Source: Octopus sinensis
Taxonomy: Eukaryota
Assembly: GCF_006345805.1 (NCBI RefSeq)
Contig: NC_043001.1
Coordinates: 4,588,001-4,652,000, forward strand
Length of the DNA: 64,000 nucleotides
Direction: 5' to 3'
The notes under the pieces were generated by a model. It worked only from the letters and a program-made list of their open reading frames with translations. It did no database searches and had not been told where the DNA came from. Position numbers and translations under genes: made by a program. This document shows, one piece after another, positions 38,302-48,339 of this stretch; the first letter of the stretch is position 1, and every line of letters begins with the position of its first letter.

Positions 38302-41300
38302 CAGAAATATATATATATATATTATATATATATATATAATCAGAAATGGAGAAAACTTATGATTAACAAACAAATTGATCAACATCTGTTGATAAATGTT
38401 TTTAATACAAAATATTACAAATTTGATTCCTCATAAACTTTTCTTTATTCTATTGTTTAATATACCCTAATAGCGTAGTACGCCTTCATACCCATGCCCA
38501 GGGATACCATAGGTAATTGATACCGATAGTAAGAGCGATACCGTTATTCCTTAGACGGTTATTACAACCGCTAGTTCTGCTTACCTTACTACGGCTACAC
38601 CTGAAATGAGCAGTGGCTATTTTTATTTTCAAGTCCCCTGTTCATTGTATTTTATTATAATAGAATGCAGGATTCAGACGCATTAGAAATTAACAACCCT
38701 AATTAAGTATATATACTAATTTTCAACAAACGGTTATTGTTCTCCATAGTATAATACGTTTGAATGATATCGATATCGAAATATTTCGATATTGCACCAA
38801 ATCTTTGCCATTACAATATTTCTGAGTTCAACCATCTTCGTATTCTGTCGTGAACACGATTCGATTCTGTTGATTAAACATGTCTATTATATTTTGTGCA
38901 TCTCTGCTAATCAATAAGATGAAAAGAAATAATATGTACGTTTCCCATCTTATTGTACGTTAGATTTATGTTACTAATGTGGTGCTGGCCATTCAAAGAC
39001 GCCCGGTGCAAATCCATTTGATCCATCTTTTTAGCCGGTAAATTGATTTATATTCCGTTCTTTGAAAAAGTAGCTGAATACAAAATATATTGAGTTCACA
39101 AGAGACAGAAATAAATTATAGTAAGGAGAGTTCATGTATTCTGGTTATGCTAAAATGAAAATTTGATGTGCGTACATTTCAATTTATTACTATGATTGAG
39201 ATTCCAGAACGTGAACGTGATTGTACTGAGTTTCTGAATAGGAATTCCTTTAGCAGTTTGGAAAAGAGAATAAAAGTATATTTCTATTTCATTACGAAGA
39301 TTTTAAGTGCAACGTACTTTTCCAAAATCACGGGCAATACTAGAAATGAATGTGCTGAATATTTGATATGTGTTCAGGATTTGAAATCTGTGGAATGACA
39401 GATTATTGTCCATGCTTTAGTATACCGGATTGACAGAAAAGCCCGTGACACTCAAACTGATTCCTACCGTTACAAGTAGAGAACACTCGCATCTAAGGAA
39501 ATCCCTTTCATTTGGCATGTTTTCTCGCTTTATGTCAACTTATTAAAAGTAATAACAAGGTTAGATCAACGATCATTACCAATACCTAACCCTTACTGTG
39601 TGTGATGCCAGTTAGGGTGCATTGAAGACATACCTCTCAAAAGGTAAAAGTCTGTGTGTCCATATCGTCTTCATTGCTATTTTCATTCCTGTTTTGTTTT
39701 CATGAAGACATAGAAAAATAATGGAATGGTAATTTTGATTACTCCCTTACCATTAAGAAGCGATTCCTGTAATAACAGGTTATCATAAGAATGCAAACGA
39801 TATTATCATAATATTTTCAAAATGTGATCAATATAGATTTCGGGGAATAAAATTCCTGCACCTTATAAACCTGAGGACATTTTCCAAGATAAAGCAGCAA
39901 TAAAACATAAGTCCTGTAAAGGAGATGCCTACCTCCTCTGACCGAAATAGCAAACCCAAAAATGAGTCATTAATACTGACTTTCTTCCTGAATAAAAAAA
40001 TGATCATAAAATCTTGTCCGACGTAATTTCCCTTCCGCCTCGAGCACTAATTGCATATCAAGAACAGCGAACGGACTTATATCTATTGTTTCTGCACTCT
40101 ATATGTAATAAAATATTTATCTCATCGTCGTTCTATTGGACTTGCTATTCAACTTCTTGACCAGAATATCCCTTTTTCACTTTAAATTTTATTATTATGG
40201 TACACTAACGGCAGGCATCGAATCCTGTTACAAATACTTAACAAATTTTCTCATTTCAAATGGCTTTTAAGTCCACCTCTAGTGATGAATTATTGTACTT
40301 CAACTCTTTATTAACAATATCTTTAAAAGTAAGATATAATTTACACACCCTAATAAAAAAAAATAATTTTCATTGTTGCAACACAGATATATTTTCCTTT
40401 CACATCTAATGGTTTACATTTTATTATATGGACAGAAATTAATTTACCTTCCGTGACTATTTACTGTATCAGTGATTCGTTGGCGGTAGATTTGAGGCCG
40501 TGGGGGTAACAATATATTCTTATATCGCAAACGTGAATTGAATGCTTGTCATAGCGTCAACTTCCTAAGACACGTTTGATGTGCGAGATGATGAATATAA
40601 ACCGATTGGGGAATTAAACCTACCAATTTAGTAGGTCCTATTGGAATTTGGTTTCAGAATAGAAAGAGGCAAAACAAACATTGCACATCTTTTGGTTCTG
40701 TGGTATTACATGCTTGCCAATCCAAAAGACTGGATCCACATTCTAACAATCAAAATTTTCAGCATCACTTAGAGCTCAATGTTTTATGACCATAACGATC
40801 TCTTTTAGTAGCTGCTGCTTTCAGAATTTATGATTAATGATGTATTGCGATCATATTTGCATTGATCAAACTTTGCAGGAAACAAATATAATTAACTGAA
40901 TACACCTCTGTATACACAACTGTGAGAAAGAGTGAATCGCCCTCGGTGAAGTCACTTTCCGTGGCCCAAAATTTTTGAAACAATTATTACTATTTATTTT
41001 AAGAGTCTATGTTAGTTTAATCACAGGAAATTGTTGACTATTCTGTAAACTGGCTCATTTTAATCAATAAACAACTCTGATTTCAAACTAAACTACAATA
41101 TCAAAAATACAGTAAAGACAATTGAGAAATATACTTATTTGTCACCGACCTGTGATTCAAGATGTCTAATATTATCGTTTTATATGATGTAACCGATGTC
41201 CCTCATGACCAAGTCCAGCGCCGAACAAAAATATTTCCTTAATCAGATATTCAGAATTTAACGTGCCCCTTCTTTTCATTGTGTTAATGAATCATTGGGG

Positions 41301-42706
41301 GGGGGGTACGTAGCTGCTAATTCTGTCAGTTTGGGTGATTGAGGGATAATATATGATGTCCCTTACTGGCTCTTAGGTATGATACATACCATAAACATTC
41401 TGGGAGACATTCATATGCAAATGTTGGTGATTTTGTGCGTAGGTCGTGTGTATACTAATCAGCAGCGTGCGTTTGTGTGTGTGTATACATGTGTGTGTGC
41501 ACATACCACACATGCGCGTTCGTGCACACACACACAGTCTCACATATACACACATACACACGTATATATGAATGTATCCATTTCTCTATATCTATGTGCG
41601 TGTATATGTTTGTACGCGTGTATGCAAATGTGTTGTGTGTCTTATTGTAGGATCGAGTCTCATAAAATATTAATGTATAAATATAAAAGTTATGGCTGAC
41701 AGATTTAATTCTTTATATTGAAATTGTAAACCAAAAACATCTCCAAAAATCATTCAGATTCAATTTAGATTTAAATATTTACCAAATCGAATGAAAAGCA
41801 AAAATCATTTGAAAACAAAAACCAAACACTTTGAAACATTATGAACCAAAAATAACAATACATCCTCTATTACAATTGAGTGAATAGTGATTTGTTATAC
41901 GTAATATGAAATAAATGTGAATACGTGTTTCTGCTTGGGTGCATACGTAAAGGTTATGACACATCTGGTTATCATACTTATTCAGAACAAGCGACAGATC
42001 ACCCAAGCATCTATCTTAGTAAACAATAAATAAATATTAGAGAAAATAGATTTTTTTCTTTTATTAATTACTTTTAAAACTGTATTATATTAAATATTGT
42101 TTTTCCTATCAAACAGTTCAACGAAAGTTGTTAAAGGTAAATTAGAAAGTTTAAGTTTAATAGGCGAATATTCAGATTGATGCTGTTTAGCCCCATTAAA
42201 AACCCACATGATTAAAAGATGTGAGCACCACAAGGTCATATTTTCTGCGTAGGTGTGCGCTAATATGTAGAATATATATTTCGTTGCTCCCTGATAGACG
42301 AATCCCTGCAAAATACGCTTACACATTAGATCGTGAGAATAAACCCCATTCCAGTTTTATCACAGATACCTACATATCGAGTTACATATAGATACATACA
42401 TATGAAGGAGGTTCAGAAAACACTGGTCATTCCGTCATTTTAACGATAAATTCCACGCACTGAATTACATTTGGTTGTAAAAATGGTGCATCAGAGTTCA
42501 GAAGTTTTGGAGAGTATGATACTGTAAATAATCGTGCAAAACGCAAGAGAAAAACATGCCGTAACTACACTAAAATTTGGTGTTGTCACCTAGTACAAAA
42601 TAGTAATGCAAGATGATATGAAGGAGAGAAATGATTGAAGGTACCGTTTGTTAAGATATAGTATGGTGTATTTAGAAAGTCGAACGTTATGAGAGAATTG
42701 TGGTTT

Positions 42707-42776
42707 TACGGAAAGATGAATTTACGGAAAGAAGGATTTACGGAAAGATATACGGAAAGATATACGGAAAGATATA
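42707..42776. repeat. Minisatellite, five copies of TACGGAAAGA
   Basis: Starts at 42707, 42723, 42739, 42751 and 42763. Confidence 0.9.
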
Positions 42777-42857
42777 ATGAAAGAGATATTAATGAAGAAT
42801 GAAGAATTCGAATATCTTATATCTTTCACCTCCCATGTCTCGTATATCGATGACATA

Positions 42858-42980
42858 TAGGGGCAGGTGTGGCTGGGTGGTAAAAAGCTTGCCTCCTAAC
42901 CGCATGGTTCGACGTTCCGTCCCAGTGTGTGGCAACAACTGTGAGTGTAGTTGGAAGACGGAAATTGAAAGTCTATCGGT
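42858..42980 (+). mobile_element. Internally deleted family E SINE
   Basis: ggggcaggtgtggctgggtggtaaaaagcttgcc...gacggaaattgaaag followed by TA. Confidence 0.6.
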
Positions 42981-43004
42981 TATATATATATAAATATATA
43001 TATA

Positions 43005-43490
43005 TTGGTAAAAACAAAAGAAAGACAGAGACCTCAATATATGTTATCTGAAAATTAATAAGTGACAATTATTCAATAGCCAAGATAAAACTCTGTGGTT
43101 CGGATGCCGAGGTGGAACTCCACAACACCATCTCTTGAGATAACAGAAGAGATGGTGTTGTGGATTTCCACCTCGGCATCCGAAACTCAGAGTTTTGTCT
43201 TGGATATTGAATAATTGTCACATATTATTTTACAGATATATATATATATATTGGTAAAAACAAAAGAAAGACAGAGACCTCAATATATGTTATCTGAAAA
43301 TTAATAAGTGACAATTATTCAATAGCCAAGATAAAACTCTGTGGTTCGGATGCCGAGGTGGAACTCCACAACACCATCTCTTGAGATAACAGAAGAGATG
43401 GTGTTGTGGATTTCCACCTCGGCATCCGAAACTCAGAGTTTTGTCTTGGATATTGAATATTGTCACATATTATTTTACAGATATATATAT
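43005..43490. repeat. Tandem duplication (period 246 bp) of a TA-embedded foldback element
   Basis: Unit 1 has arms 43046-43136 and 43147-43237 (~91 bp, about 10 mismatches) with a 10-nt spacer; unit 2 is offset by 246. Confidence 0.9.
43137..43203 (+). ncRNA. Degenerate type I hammerhead motif (second copy at 43383-43449)
   Basis: gagataa-CAGAAGA-GATG...CATC-c-GAAA-CTCAGAGT-T-ttgtctt. Stem I ~7 bp, U4 replaced by A, GUU site. Confidence 0.5.
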
Positions 43491-43495
43491 ATATA

Positions 43496-43742
43496 TTCTA
43501 AATTAGTGAGTGGAGCAGGTAAAATTCAGGCTACATATGTTTCGTAGCTTGCAGATGCTCTGATACCATGGTTACTCATCAGGGATAATCATCTAGAGCT
43601 GAAGATGCCTTAATTATATGAAGGTTATGCTGCCGTTAAGGAATCCCACACTAACTCTCTCTATATATATAAAATGACGTATAATATATATTTGCACATA
43701 TATATTTTTTTATAATATATATTTATAATGTATATATATATA

Positions 43743-43775
<33 letters not shown>

Positions 43776-43785
43776 GTATACATAT

Positions 43786-43822
<37 letters not shown>

Positions 43823-44072
43823 TCTAAATTAGTGAGTGGAGCAGGTAAAATTCAGGCTACATATGTTTCGTAGCTTGCAGATGCTCTGATACCATGGTTA
43901 CTCATCAGGGATAATCATCTAGAGCTGAAGATGCCTTAATTATATGAAGGTTATGCTGCCGTTAAGGAATCCCACACTAACTCTCTCTATATATATAAAA
44001 TGACGTATAATATATATTTGCACATATATATTTTTTTATAATATATATTTATAATGTATATATATATATATG
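43496..44072. repeat. Tandem duplication (period 326 bp) of a TA-embedded element
   Basis: 43496-43744 appears identical to 43822-44072 apart from TA copy number. Confidence 0.9.
43525..43590 (-). ncRNA. Type I hammerhead motif (second copy at 43851-43916)
   Basis: Minus strand CTGATGA (43582-43576)-GTA...TAC-GAA-ACATATGT-A: palindromic 8-nt stem III and GUA site; stem I weak. Confidence 0.55.
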
Positions 44073-44544
44073 TACACACACACGTATACATTTATATATA
44101 TACATACATACATACATACATACATGCACACACACACACTCACATATGCTCACACGCAACTCTATATTGTATGCGATGTAAACTGATGAAATTATACAAA
44201 AATGTCATTTACTGACGTATCCAGCCATTACTTTACGTCAAATTTCATACACGGACTTAATTACCTATTTCCTGATGACTTTAATGGATACATACCCGTG
44301 TATGCGGGTGTCTATACGTGGTATGTTTGCTTCAGCATATGTCTATATATGTGTGTGTATGCATGTAAGTATCCATACGTACATACATGTATGTAACACT
44401 CTTTTTTGCTCCCTCTTTCTTTCTCTAATACTTACATACAGACAGACACACACTCACAAACACTCACATGCACACATACACACAGACACACACACACATG
44501 GATATACATATATATATATGTATGAATATACGTGATTTACTGAA

Positions 44545-44660
44545 TGGGGTATTGGAAATCCCAGCTACATATGTTTCATAGGGAGTGGAACCTCAGACGT
44601 GGTAAAATCCAAGTGGTGTGTACATGCAGGCTACTTATCAGGCCAAGGATATCTTGATCA
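44545..44660 (-). mobile_element. Related element with degenerate hammerhead
   Basis: Minus strand ttggc-CTGATAA-GTAG...CTAT-GAA-ACATATGT-A-gctgg at 44560-44647; partial homologue at 9000-9055. Confidence 0.5.
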
Positions 44661-44828
44661 GATAAAAGGCTACATTGTCGCAAAGAGGTACATATTGATG
44701 CAAACATCATCGTTCTTCGATGATCTTTCAGCCGCAATATACTGCTATTGTTCCTGATATCTTTTCTATTTATATTCATTGCAAGTTGCTCGAAGTTAAC
44801 TTTCTTCCTACACCTCAATCCCTGGATC

Positions 44829-44867
<39 letters not shown>

Positions 44868-44868
<1 letters not shown>

Positions 44869-45006
44869 TGCCGCATGTTCCTTCCAGTTGAAGAGCGTAG
44901 CCTCGAAATGCAAAATACATTGTCACCTTCCCGAGCGTCAGAGTAATACACCTACTTCTTGTGTATAAAACCTGCCTTCGTGTTTTCTTTTTCTTTCAAT
45001 TACAAC
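44868..45006 (+). mobile_element. Degenerate short PLE-like element
   Basis: cagttgaagagcgtagcctcgaaatgc...ccgagcgtca...cctgccttcg; reverse-complement homologue of 15240-15345; flanked by TA. Confidence 0.55.
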
Positions 45007-45038
45007 TATATACATAATTATATATATGTGTGCGTTTG

Positions 45039-45071
<33 letters not shown>

Positions 45072-45127
45072 ATACATAGATTTATATACATACATGCATA
45101 CATACATACACACTTACATACACGTAC

Positions 45128-45163
<36 letters not shown>

Positions 45164-45168
<5 letters not shown>

Positions 45169-45394
45169 GAAGGGTGAAATTAATTAATTTGGAAAAATTA
45201 TCAATTACACCAAGTAGTCTTCGGCATGTAAAAGCCTCATTCGAGGAAAATTTAAGTAATACTAAGCAATAAGGGTTTAGCAACGAGTTGCCTTACCACA
45301 TACCGAATTTAGAAATAGCAGTCAAAGGGTTATAGCTATTTCTTCTACTAAAAAGGGAGATCTCAGTAAAAACAGCATTTGGAAGGCACAAACA
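45164..45394 (-). repeat. 231-bp inverted copy of the 3' part of the 603-bp array unit
   Basis: Exact reverse complement of 45768-45998 by eye. Confidence 0.95.
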
Positions 45395-45598
45395 TTACGG
45401 ATAACCATATTTTATCTCAGTAGATGACCACAGCATCTTGTTTTGGCTACACGCGGGTGGGAAGGGGCTGTTGACACAATCGTTTCATTCACAAATTGAA
45501 TTCGGTGATACCAGTTGCGGGTTCTAGCTCGCTCTGATACTGAGTGGAGTTGGTGCCTTCTGGTATCTCAAAATTCAATATATAATCATTTATGATTA

Positions 45599-45724
45599 TA
45601 GTATTCTACGCTGATGAGAAAAGAAGTTTCGGTAAGATAGAATTATTTATTATTTAATATTTAATATTTAATTCGTATGCTTTCCTTAAAACTTGATTTC
45701 GAAACGTACGTCCGTGGATAACTA
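45599..45724 (+). ncRNA. Type I hammerhead ribozyme, unit 1
   Basis: Stem I TCTACG/CGTGGA, 2x2 loop, TAGT/ACTA. CTGATGA 45611-45617. Stem II GAAA/TTTC, 2x2 loop, AAGTTT/AAACTT and further helices. GAAA 45701-45704. Stem III palindrome ACGTACGT. Predicted cleavage after GUC at 45712. Confidence 0.88.
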
Positions 45725-46201
45725 AAAAAATGTATGATAGATTGCAGTCAATTCATTCTCTCTTACCTGTTTGTGCCTTCCAAATGCTGTTTTTACTGAG
45801 ATCTCCCTTTTTAGTAGAAGAAATAGCTATAACCCTTTGACTGCTATTTCTAAATTCGGTATGTGGTAAGGCAACTCGTTGCTAAACCCTTATTGCTTAG
45901 TATTACTTAAATTTTCCTCGAATGAGGCTTTTACATGCCGAAGACTACTTGGTGTAATTGATAATTTTTCCAAATTAATTAATTTCACCCTTCATTATTA
46001 CGGATAACCATATTTTATCTCAGTAGATGACCACAGCATCTTGTTTTGGCTACACGCGGGTGGGAAGGGGCTGTTGACACAATCGTTTCATTCACAAATT
46101 GAATTCGGTGATACCAGTTGCGGGTTCTAGCTCGCTCTGATACTGAGTGGAGTTGGTGCCTTCTGGTATCTCAAAATTCAATATATAATCATTTATGATT
46201 A

Positions 46202-46327
46202 TAGTATTCTACGCTGAAGAGAAAAGAAATTTCGGTAAGATAGAATTATTTATTATTTAATATTTAATATTTAATTCGTATGCTTTCCTTAAAACTTGAT
46301 TTCGAAACGTACGTCCGTGGATAACTA
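46202..46327 (+). ncRNA. Type I hammerhead ribozyme, unit 2
   Basis: CTGAAGA 46214-46220; GAAA 46304; GUC ends at 46315. Confidence 0.85.
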
Positions 46328-46804
46328 AAAAAATGTATGATAGATTGCAGTCAATTCATTCTCTCTTACCTGTTTGTGCCTTCCAAATGCTGTTTTTACT
46401 GAGATCTCCCTTTTTAGTAGAAGAAATAGCTATAACCCTTTGACTGCTATTTCTAAATTCGGTATGTGGTAAGGCAACTCGTTGCTAAACCCTTATTGCT
46501 TAGTATTACTTAAATTTTCCTCGAATGAGGCTTTTACATGCCGAAGAATACTTGGTGTAATTGATAATTTTTCCAAATTAATTAATTTCACCCTTCATTA
46601 TTACGGATAACCATATTTTATCTCAGTAGATGACCACAGCATCTTGTTTTGGCTACACGCGGGTGGGAAGGGGCTGTTGACACAATCGTTTCATTCACAA
46701 ATTGAATTCGGTGATACCAGTTGCGGGTTCTAGCTCGCTCTGATACTGAGTGGAGTTGGTGCCTTCTGGTATCTCAAAATTCAATATATAATCATTTATG
46801 ATTA

Positions 46805-46930
46805 TAGTATTCTACGCTGAAGAGAAAAGAAGTTTCGGTAAGATAGAATTATTTATTATTTAATATTTAATATTTAATTCGTATGCTTTCCTTAAAACTT
46901 GATTTCGAAACGTACGTCCGTGGATAACTA
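46805..46930 (+). ncRNA. Type I hammerhead ribozyme, unit 3
   Basis: CTGAAGA 46817-46823; GAAA 46907; GUC ends at 46918. Confidence 0.85.
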
Positions 46931-47407
46931 AAAAAATGTATGATAGATTGCAGTCAATTCATTCTCTCTTACCTGTTTGTGCCTTCCAAATGCTGTTTTT
47001 ACTGAGATCTCCCTTTTTAGTAGAAGAAATAGCTATAACCCTTTGACTGCTATTTCTAAATTCGGTATGTGGTAAGGCAACTCGTTGCTAAACCCTTATT
47101 GCTTAGTATTACTTAAATTTTCCTCGAATGAGGCTTTTACATGCCGAAGACTACTTGGTGTAATTGATAATTTTTCCAAATTAATTAATTTCACCCTTCA
47201 TTATTACGGATAACCATATTTTATCTCAGTAGATGACCACAGCATCTTGTTTTGGCTACACGCGGGTGGGAAGGGGCTGTTGACACAATCGTTTCATTCA
47301 CAAATTGAATTCGGTGATACCAGTTGCGGGTTCTAGCTCGCTCTGATACTGAGTGGAGTTGGTGCCTTCTGGTATCTCAAAATTCAATATATAATCATTT
47401 ATGATTA

Positions 47408-47532
47408 TAGTATTCTACGCTGAAGAGAAAAGAAGTTTCGGTAAGATAGAATTATTTATTATTTAATATTTAATATTTTATTCGTATGCTTCCTTAAAAC
47501 TTGATTTCGAAACGTACGTCCGTGGATAACTA
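47408..47532 (+). ncRNA. Type I hammerhead ribozyme, unit 4
   Basis: CTGAAGA 47420-47426; GUC ends at 47520. Confidence 0.85.
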
Positions 47533-48005
47533 AAAAAATGTATGATAGATTGCAGTCAATTCATTCTCTCTTACCTGTTTGTGCCTTCCAATGCTGTTTT
47601 TACTGAGATCTCCCTTTTAGTAGAAGAAATAGCTATAACCCTTTGACTGCTATTTCTAAATTCGGTATGTGGTAAGGCAACTCGTTGCTAAACCCTTATT
47701 GCTTAGTATTACTTAAATTTTCCTCGAATGAGGCTTTTACATGCCGAAGACTACTTGGTGTAATTGATAATTTTTCCAAATTAATTAATTTCACCCTTCA
47801 TTATTACGGATAACCATATTTTATCTCAGTAGATGACCACAGCATCTTGTTTTGGCTACACGCGGGTGGGAAGGGGCTGTTGACACAATCGTTTCATTCA
47901 CAAATTGAATTCGGTGATACCAGTGCGGGTTCTAGCTCGCTCTGATACTGAGTGGAGTTGGTGCCTTCTGGTATCTCAAAATTCAATATATAATCATTAT
48001 GATTA

Positions 48006-48130
48006 TAGTATTCTACGCTGAAGAGAAAAGAAGTTTCGGTAAGATAGAATATTTATTATTTAATATTTAATATTTTATTCGTATGCTTTCCTTAAAACTT
48101 GATTTCGAAACGTACGTCCGTGGATAACTA
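48006..48130 (+). ncRNA. Type I hammerhead ribozyme, unit 5
   Basis: CTGAAGA 48018-48024; GAAA 48107; GUC ends at 48118. Confidence 0.85.
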
Positions 48131-48301
48131 AAAAAATGTATGATAGATTGCAGTCAATTCATTCTCTCTTACCTGTTTGTGCCTCCAAATGCTGTTTTTA
48201 CTGAGATCTCCCTTTTTAGTAGAAGAAATAGCTATAACCCTTGACTGCTATTCTAAATTCGGTATGTGGTAGGCAACTCGTTGCTAAACCCTTATTGCTT
48301 A

Positions 48302-48339
<38 letters not shown>

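Larger units (their letters stand above)
45395..48304 (+). mobile_element. Tandem array of ~4.8 x 603-bp hammerhead-containing units (retrozyme / PLE pseudo-LTR-like)
   Basis: The marker tagatgacc recurs at 45421, 46024, 46627, 47230 and 47830. (TA)n flanks the whole structure (to 45165 and from 48303). Confidence 0.9.

Noticed and set aside
43599-43640. Plus-strand CTGAAGA-TGCC.. as an additional hammerhead
   Set aside because: No downstream GAAA or NUH site in this copy; at most a truncated remnant.
45395-48304. CRISPR array or plain satellite
   Set aside because: No repeat-spacer alternation and eukaryotic context. The ribozyme motif, inverted leader and TA flanks fit a mobile RNA-derived element better than a simple satellite.
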